Source: an uncultured Gemmatimonadales bacterium (lineage in GTDB: Bacteria > Gemmatimonadota > Gemmatimonadetes > Longimicrobiales > Longimicrobiaceae). Taken from it: DNA of 64,000 bases. Positions 47,691-64,000 of the stretch are shown here, piece after piece (position 1 is the first letter of the stretch; every line of letters begins with the position of its first letter). Location: positions 4,672,001 to 4,736,000 of the forward strand of contig OY970303.1 of the NCBI GenBank assembly GCA_963716255.1. Direction: 5' to 3'. Made by a program: the position numbers and the translations under genes. A model generated the notes under the pieces. It searched no databases. It worked only from the letters and a program-made list of their open reading frames with translations, and was not told the DNA's origin.

Positions 47691-49037
47691 ATGCAGGACG
47701 CCAGGGAGCCCGTGGTCGCGCTGGTGGACTTCAGCCAGCTGGTCGAGGACTACCTCGACAACATCGGCGTCACGCTCGAGGCGTTCCTCGGCGAGACGAC
47801 CGGCGGCTGGATGTTCGGCTACGTCGCCGCGCTGCGCACGGCGGGCGTGCGCACCGTGCTCTTCCTGGTCTCGGCGCGCGTGGCGGCGCCGGAGCGCCGC
47901 CGGCACGCGGCCACGGGCGCCGTCGTGTGGGTGCTCCCCGCGCCGCGTGCCTACCGGCTGGCGCGCCTGCGGGTCCTCGACCCGTACGCGGGCACCGTGG
48001 ACCGGGCGTGCGGCGACGTGCGCGGCGCGCGGCGCGTCCTTGGCGCCGCGCTCCTGGAGCTGTCGCCGTACCTGTCCACCCCGCTGGCCCACCTGGCGCG
48101 CGGGCTCCGGCGCGAGCGCTGCCGCGCCGTGCTGTGCCAGGAGTATGAGCACGGACGCTTCGACGCGTGCCTGCTGCTGGCGCGCGCGCTGGGGCTGCCG
48201 GTGTTCGCCACCTTCCAGGGCGGCGACGCGTCGCTGGGCCGGCTGGAGAGGCGGGTGCGCGGGCCCGCCCTGCGCGCGTGCGACGGGCTGGTGATCGCCG
48301 CGCGGCGCGAGGTCCGGCGGGTGCGCGCGCGCTACGGCGTGCCGGCGGAAAAGATCGCGCGCGTCTTCAACCCGCTGGACCTGGACGACTGGCGCCCGCC
48401 CACCCCGTCCGAGCGGACGGCGGCGCGCGCGGCGCTGGGCATCCCCCCGGATGCCCGCGTGGCGGCGTGGCACGGCCGCGTGCTGGTGGAGCTCAAGGGG
48501 CTCGACGTGCTGCTGGAAGCGTGGGAGCGCCTGGGCCGGGAGAGCGCCGGACGCGAGCTGCGGCTGCTGCTGGTGGGCACGGGGAACGACCGCGGCGAGC
48601 TGCGCCGGCGCCTCGCGGGGCGGCGGGACGTGGTGTGGGTGGACGAGTACGTGCGCGACCGGGCCCGGCTGCGCGGCATCCTCGCCGCGGCCGACGCCTG
48701 GACGCTCCCCTCGCGACGCGAGGGGTTCCCGGTGGCGCCGCTGGAAGCCATGGCGTGCGGGCTGCCGGTCGCGGCGGCCGACGTGGCCGGCGTGCGCGAC
48801 ATCCTGGAAGGCGGCGAAGCCTCCGGGGGGCTGGTGGTGCCGCGCGCGGACGCGGCGGCGCTCGCCGCGGCGCTCGGACGCCTGCTGCACGACCCGGAGC
48901 TCGGCCGCGCGCTGGGTGCGCGGGCGCGCGAGCGCGTGGAGCGCTGCTTCTCGCCCGAAACGGTCGGCGCCCAGCTGCGGCGGGTCCTGCTGCGCGAAGG
49001 TACGGCCGGAGACGACGATCCTGCGAGCCGCGGCTGA
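47691..49037 (+). CDS. GT4 (Glycos_transf_1) glycosyltransferase
   Basis: HGR....KG.DVLL.AW, LPSRREGFPVAPLEAMACGLPV. Confidence 0.9.
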   Translation: MQDAREPVVALVDFSQLVEDYLDNIGVTLEAFLGETTGGWMFGYVAALRTAGVRTVLFLVSARVAAPERRRHAATGAVVWVLPAPRAYRLARLRVLDPYAGTVDRACGDVRGARRVLGAALLELSPYLSTPLAHLARGLRRERCRAVLCQEYEHGRFDACLLLARALGLPVFATFQGGDASLGRLERRVRGPALRACDGLVIAARREVRRVRARYGVPAEKIARVFNPLDLDDWRPPTPSERTAARAALGIPPDARVAAWHGRVLVELKGLDVLLEAWERLGRESAGRELRLLLVGTGNDRGELRRRLAGRRDVVWVDEYVRDRARLRGILAAADAWTLPSRREGFPVAPLEAMACGLPVAAADVAGVRDILEGGEASGGLVVPRADAAALAAALGRLLHDPELGRALGARARERVERCFSPETVGAQLRRVLLREGTAGDDDPASRG

Positions 49038-49068
49038 GCCCCCGGCCCCCCGAACCCACGCCACGACC

Positions 49069-49986
49069 ATGCTGCGACCCGACCAGAAGATCTTCGGGCT
49101 GGGCCTGAGCAAGACCGGCACCTCCAGCCTGACGGAGGCGCTCGAGCGGCTCGGCGTGCGGGCCATCCACTACCCGCACGACGCCCGCACCCTCCAGGAG
49201 CTTCGCTCCGCCGACTACCGGCTGTCGATCCTGCGGGAGTACCAGGCCGTGCTCGACATTCCCGTGGCGCCCTTCTACGCGCAGCTCGACGCGGCCTGGC
49301 CCGGCGCCAGGTTCATCCTGACGGTGCGCGACCGCGAAGCGTGGCTGCGCTCGTGCGAGGTGCACTGGCGCCTGCTCGTGCAGTGGTGGGAGAACTTCCC
49401 CGACTTCAAGCGGTTCCACGAATTCGCGAGCGCCTGCACCTACGGCGCCATCGCCTTCAGCCGCGAGCGCTTCGGCTTCGTCTACGACACGCACCTGCGC
49501 AACGTGCGGGAGTACTTTGCGCGTCGTCCGGAAGACTTCCTGGAGATGGACATCTGCGGCGGCGAGGGGTGGGAGCGCCTGTGCCCGTTCCTGGGAGTGG
49601 AGGTGCCCGCCGGGCCCTTCCCGCACGCGAACGAGTGGATGCACCGGCTGATGCAGGCCGCCGAGGACGTGGAGCGCGTGATCCCCCGCGACGCGGCGTT
49701 CATCCTGGTGGACGAGCAGGGCTTCGGGGCCGATTTCGGCCTCCCGCGCCGCCGCCTCCCCTTCCTGGAGCGCGGCGGCGTGTACTGGGGCGCCCCGCCG
49801 GACGACGCCACCGCCATCGGCGAGCTCGAGCGGCTGCGGCGCGAAGCCGGCCCCGCGTTCATCGTCTTCGGCTGGCCCTCGTTCTGGTGGCTGGAGCACT
49901 ACCCGCGCTTCGCCGCGCACCTGCGCGAGGCCTTCCCGTGCGTGCTGGAGAACGACCGCCTCGTCGTATTCGACCTGCGAGGCTGA
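49069..49986 (+). CDS. Sulfotransferase family protein (Sulfotransfer_4-like)
   Basis: IFGLGLSKTGTSSL..AL, FILTVRD..AW..S, GWERLCPFLG...P..PFPHAN. Confidence 0.85.
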   Translation: MLRPDQKIFGLGLSKTGTSSLTEALERLGVRAIHYPHDARTLQELRSADYRLSILREYQAVLDIPVAPFYAQLDAAWPGARFILTVRDREAWLRSCEVHWRLLVQWWENFPDFKRFHEFASACTYGAIAFSRERFGFVYDTHLRNVREYFARRPEDFLEMDICGGEGWERLCPFLGVEVPAGPFPHANEWMHRLMQAAEDVERVIPRDAAFILVDEQGFGADFGLPRRRLPFLERGGVYWGAPPDDATAIGELERLRREAGPAFIVFGWPSFWWLEHYPRFAAHLREAFPCVLENDRLVVFDLRG

Positions 49987-50008
49987 TCCCGGATCCGGTC
50001 GGGGTGCT

Positions 50009-60955
<10,947 letters not shown>

Positions 60956-61050
60956 CAGTGGCTCTCCCGTGTCTGTGATGCGGCGCAGGCGGTCGCCGGC
61001 CGCGGCAAGTGATCGAACCGGGTGGATTCCGCGGTGGGCCCGGGCCCCGC

Positions 61051-64000
61051 TCAGCCGCCGCCCAGCCGCCGCCGCACCTCCTCGTCGGACAGGCCGGCGA
61101 GCCGCTCCAGCTCCTCGTACATCTCCCACTCCTCCAGCGCCGGGGCGGGGCTGGCGGCCTCCAGCCAGGCGGCCAGGCCGGCGACGGTGGGCGCCTCGAA
61201 GACGGCGCGCAGCGGCAGCTCCACCCCGAGCTGCTCCCGCACCCGCGAGACCAGGCGCGTGGCGAGGAGCGAGTGCCCGCCCAGGCCGAAGAAGTCGTCG
61301 AGGATCCCCACCCGCTCCACCCGCAGGACCCCGGCCCAGATCCCCGCCAGGGCCTCCTCGGTGGGGGTGCGCGGCGCCACGTAGCCCTCCGTCCCCGCCG
61401 GCCCGGCCGCCGGCAGCGCCCGCCGGTCGAGCTTGCCGTTGGGAGTCAGGGGAAGCTTCTCCAGCGCCACGAACGCGGAGGGCACCATGTACTCCGGGAG
61501 GCTCCGCTGCAGGTGCTCGCGCATCGCGTCGGCGTCCGCCTCGCCGACGATGTACGCCACCAGGCGCTGCTCGCCCGGCTCGTCCTCCCGCACGATCACC
61601 CGCGCCTCGCGCACCTCCGCGTGCGCGCACAGCACCGCCTCGATCTCCCCCGGCTCGATGCGGAAGCCCCGCACCTTGACCTGCTCGTCCACGCGCCCGA
61701 TGAACTCCAGCCTGCCGTCCGTCTTCCAGCGCAGCCGGTCTCCCGTGCGGTACATCCGCGCGCCCGGCTCCGCGGCGAAGGGGTCCGGCACGAAGCGCCC
61801 GGCCGTCAGCTCCGGCCGGCCCAGGTAACCCCGCGCCACCCCGCCGCCGCCCACGTACAGCTCCCCGGGCACGCCCACCGGCACCGGGTTCCCCCGCCCG
61901 TCCAGCACCCACACCGCAAGGTCGGGGATCGCCACGCCCACCGGGCTCCCCTCGCCAGCCTCCACGTCCGCCCGCAGGATCGGGCGGTACGTCACGTGGA
62001 CCGTGGTCTCGGTGATCCCGTACATGTTCACCAGGCGCGGCATCTCCTCGCCGTGCCGCTCCATCCATCCCCGCAGGATCCGCGGGTCCAGCGCCTCGCC
62101 CCCGAAGATCACCAGGCGCAGCGCCAGCCCGGCCGGCACCCCGCCCGTCTCCTCCACCGCGGCGAGCTGCCGGAAGGCGGAGGGCGTCTGGTTCAGCACC
62201 GTCACGCGCTCGCTCGCCAGCAGCGCGTGGAACGCCTCCGGGTCGCGGCTGGTCTGCCAGGGCACCACCACCAGGCGCCCGCCGTGCAGCAGCGCCCCCC
62301 AGATCTCCCACACCGAGAAGTCGAAGGCGTAGGAGTGGAACAGCGTCCACGCGTCGTCCGGCCCGAAGCCGAACCACGCCTCGGTGGCGGCGAAGAGGCG
62401 CGACACGTTGCCGTGCGTGACCACCACGCCCTTGGGGCGGCCGGTGGAGCCGGAGGTGTAGATGACGTATGCCGCGTTCTCCGGGCTCACCTCCACCTCC
62501 GGCGCGGCGTCGCCTCCCTCCTCCTCCGCCAGCGCGGCCTCCAGCGCGATCACCTCCATGGACGGCTCGCCCAGGAGCTCGCGCAGCCCGTCCTGCACCA
62601 GGACGGCCGCGCACCCGGAGTCCTCCAGCAGGTAGGCGATGCGCCCGGCCGGGTAGGCGGGGTCGACGGGCACGTACGCGCCGCCGGCCTTGAGCACGGC
62701 CAGGAGCGCCACGACCAGCTCGGCGGAGCGCTCGGCACACACGGCCACGCGCACCTCGGGACCCACGCCGCGGCGGCGCAGGTGGCACGCGAGCCGGTTG
62801 GCCCGGCGCTCCAGCTCGCCGTACGCGAGCGTGCTGTCCTCGAAGACCACCGCCGCCGCGTCCGGGGCGCGCTCCGCCTGGCGCGCGAACAGCTCGTGCA
62901 CGGCCGCCCGGGGGTGCTCCGCCGTGGCGGCGGAGGAGGCGAGCAGCTGCGCCCGCTCGCTCTCGCGCAGCAGCGACAGCTCCGACAGGCGCCGCCCCGG
63001 CCCGGCCGACAGCGCCTCCAGCACCGCTTCCAGGTGCCCGGCCATGCGCTCGGCGGTGGCGTCCTCGAACAGGTCCGTGCGGTAGACGATCCCCCCGGCG
63101 ATCTCCTCCGCGTCCTGGACCAGGCCAAGGCTCAGCTCGAACTTGGCCGCCTCCGGGCCGTGCGCGAGCGGCGCCGTCTCCACCCCCTCCAGGCGGAGCG
63201 CGCCCCCGGGCCCGGCCGCGGTCTCGAAGGTGAACGCCACCTGGAAGAGCGGCGCGTGCGACAGGCTCCGCTCGGGGGCCAGCTCCTCCACCAGCCGCTC
63301 GAAGGGGAGGTCCTGGTGCTGGAAGGCGCCGAGCGTCGTTTCCCGCACCCGCCCCAGCAGCTCGCGGAAGGTGGGATCGCCCGACAGGTCCGTCCGCAGC
63401 ACCAGCGTGTTGACGAAGAAGCCGATCAGCCCCTCGGTCTCGGCGCGGGTGCGTCCGGCGATGGGGGAGCCCACCACCACGTCCTCCTGGCCCGAGTACC
63501 GGGACAGCAGGAGCTGCCAGGCGGCCAGGATCGCCATGAACGGCGTCACCCCCTCCCGCCGCGCCGTGCCGCGCAGCGTCCGCGACGCCCCGGCGCCCAG
63601 GACGAGGGGCCGGGCGCCGGCGGGCACGCTTCCGCCCGGCCGGCGGCGCCCGTCGGCCGGGAGGTCCAGGGTGGGGGGCGCGCCGGCGAGCCGCTCCCTC
63701 CACCAGCCGAGCTCCGCCTCCAGCACCGCGCCCGAGAGCCAGCGGCGCTGCCAGGCGGCGTAGTCCGCGTACTGCACGGGAAGCTCCGGGAGCCGGGGCT
63801 CCTCGCCGCGGCGGAGGGCCGCGTACGACGCAGAGACCTCGCGGGTCAGCACGTCCATGCTCCAGGCGTCGCTGACGACGTGGTGCAGGGTGAAGAGCGC
63901 CGCGTGGTCTTCCCGGTCCAGCTTCACCAGCGTGGCCCGCAGCAGGGGCCCGCGCGCCAGGTCGAAGGGGCGCGCCGCCTCCGCGGCGGCCAGCCGCGCG
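61051..64000 (-). CDS. NRPS, C-terminal part (C-A-T), continues beyond the window; A domain predicted Thr
   Basis: HHVVSDAWS, YTSGSTGRPKG, FDFSVWE, NMYGITETTVHVT, GGHSL. Confidence 0.95.
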   Translation of the reverse strand, partial: ARLAAAEAARPFDLARGPLLRATLVKLDREDHAALFTLHHVVSDAWSMDVLTREVSASYAALRRGEEPRLPELPVQYADYAAWQRRWLSGAVLEAELGWWRERLAGAPPTLDLPADGRRRPGGSVPAGARPLVLGAGASRTLRGTARREGVTPFMAILAAWQLLLSRYSGQEDVVVGSPIAGRTRAETEGLIGFFVNTLVLRTDLSGDPTFRELLGRVRETTLGAFQHQDLPFERLVEELAPERSLSHAPLFQVAFTFETAAGPGGALRLEGVETAPLAHGPEAAKFELSLGLVQDAEEIAGGIVYRTDLFEDATAERMAGHLEAVLEALSAGPGRRLSELSLLRESERAQLLASSAATAEHPRAAVHELFARQAERAPDAAAVVFEDSTLAYGELERRANRLACHLRRRGVGPEVRVAVCAERSAELVVALLAVLKAGGAYVPVDPAYPAGRIAYLLEDSGCAAVLVQDGLRELLGEPSMEVIALEAALAEEEGGDAAPEVEVSPENAAYVIYTSGSTGRPKGVVVTHGNVSRLFAATEAWFGFGPDDAWTLFHSYAFDFSVWEIWGALLHGGRLVVVPWQTSRDPEAFHALLASERVTVLNQTPSAFRQLAAVEETGGVPAGLALRLVIFGGEALDPRILRGWMERHGEEMPRLVNMYGITETTVHVTYRPILRADVEAGEGSPVGVAIPDLAVWVLDGRGNPVPVGVPGELYVGGGGVARGYLGRPELTAGRFVPDPFAAEPGARMYRTGDRLRWKTDGRLEFIGRVDEQVKVRGFRIEPGEIEAVLCAHAEVREARVIVREDEPGEQRLVAYIVGEADADAMREHLQRSLPEYMVPSAFVALEKLPLTPNGKLDRRALPAAGPAGTEGYVAPRTPTEEALAGIWAGVLRVERVGILDDFFGLGGHSLLATRLVSRVREQLGVELPLRAVFEAPTVAGLAAWLEAASPAPALEEWEMYEELERLAGLSDEEVRRRLGGG

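Noticed and set aside
60956..63703. N-terminal ~900 aa of the 4564-aa track ORF
   Set aside because: Off-frame overlap of the upstream NRPS; real start is GTG at 60955.

Overview
High-GC bacterial window; gene content and style suggest Gemmatimonadota (Longimicrobium-like), which is inference only. From left to right: an orphan beta-beta-alpha-metal nuclease gene boxed between two ~250-bp composite direct repeats; ggt divergent from a peptidoglycan-recycling cluster (murQ, anmK, nagZ, ampG, amidase, plus two unknown genes); an Omp85-type outer-membrane protein and an Ig/HAF lipoprotein; class II ribonucleotide reductase with twin NrdR boxes; a lower-GC SIR2-HerA-KTSC defence island; several uncharacterised genes; a large glycan/glycolipid-modifying cluster (GH-GT2 fusion, 2 GNAT, 2 GT-B-like, NodF/NodE-like ACP and KS, 2 LbH acyltransferases, GT2, GT4, 3 sulfotransferase-like); and the distal end of a minus-strand NRPS cluster (predicted Thr | Gln, N-methyl-X, Ala-like; no thioesterase). 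The glycan cluster is split by a 4.6-kb insert bounded by a 67-bp direct repeat; the insert encodes a WD40-Roc-COR-Zn ribbon-adenylate cyclase gene interrupted by an IS630 element. The two most notable signals are (i) a ~130-150-nt multi-stem element present in five intergenic copies whose variable stems show clear compensatory changes around conserved loops, and (ii) the reconstructed Roco-adenylate cyclase. All family assignments are from motif recognition by eye; no searches were run.
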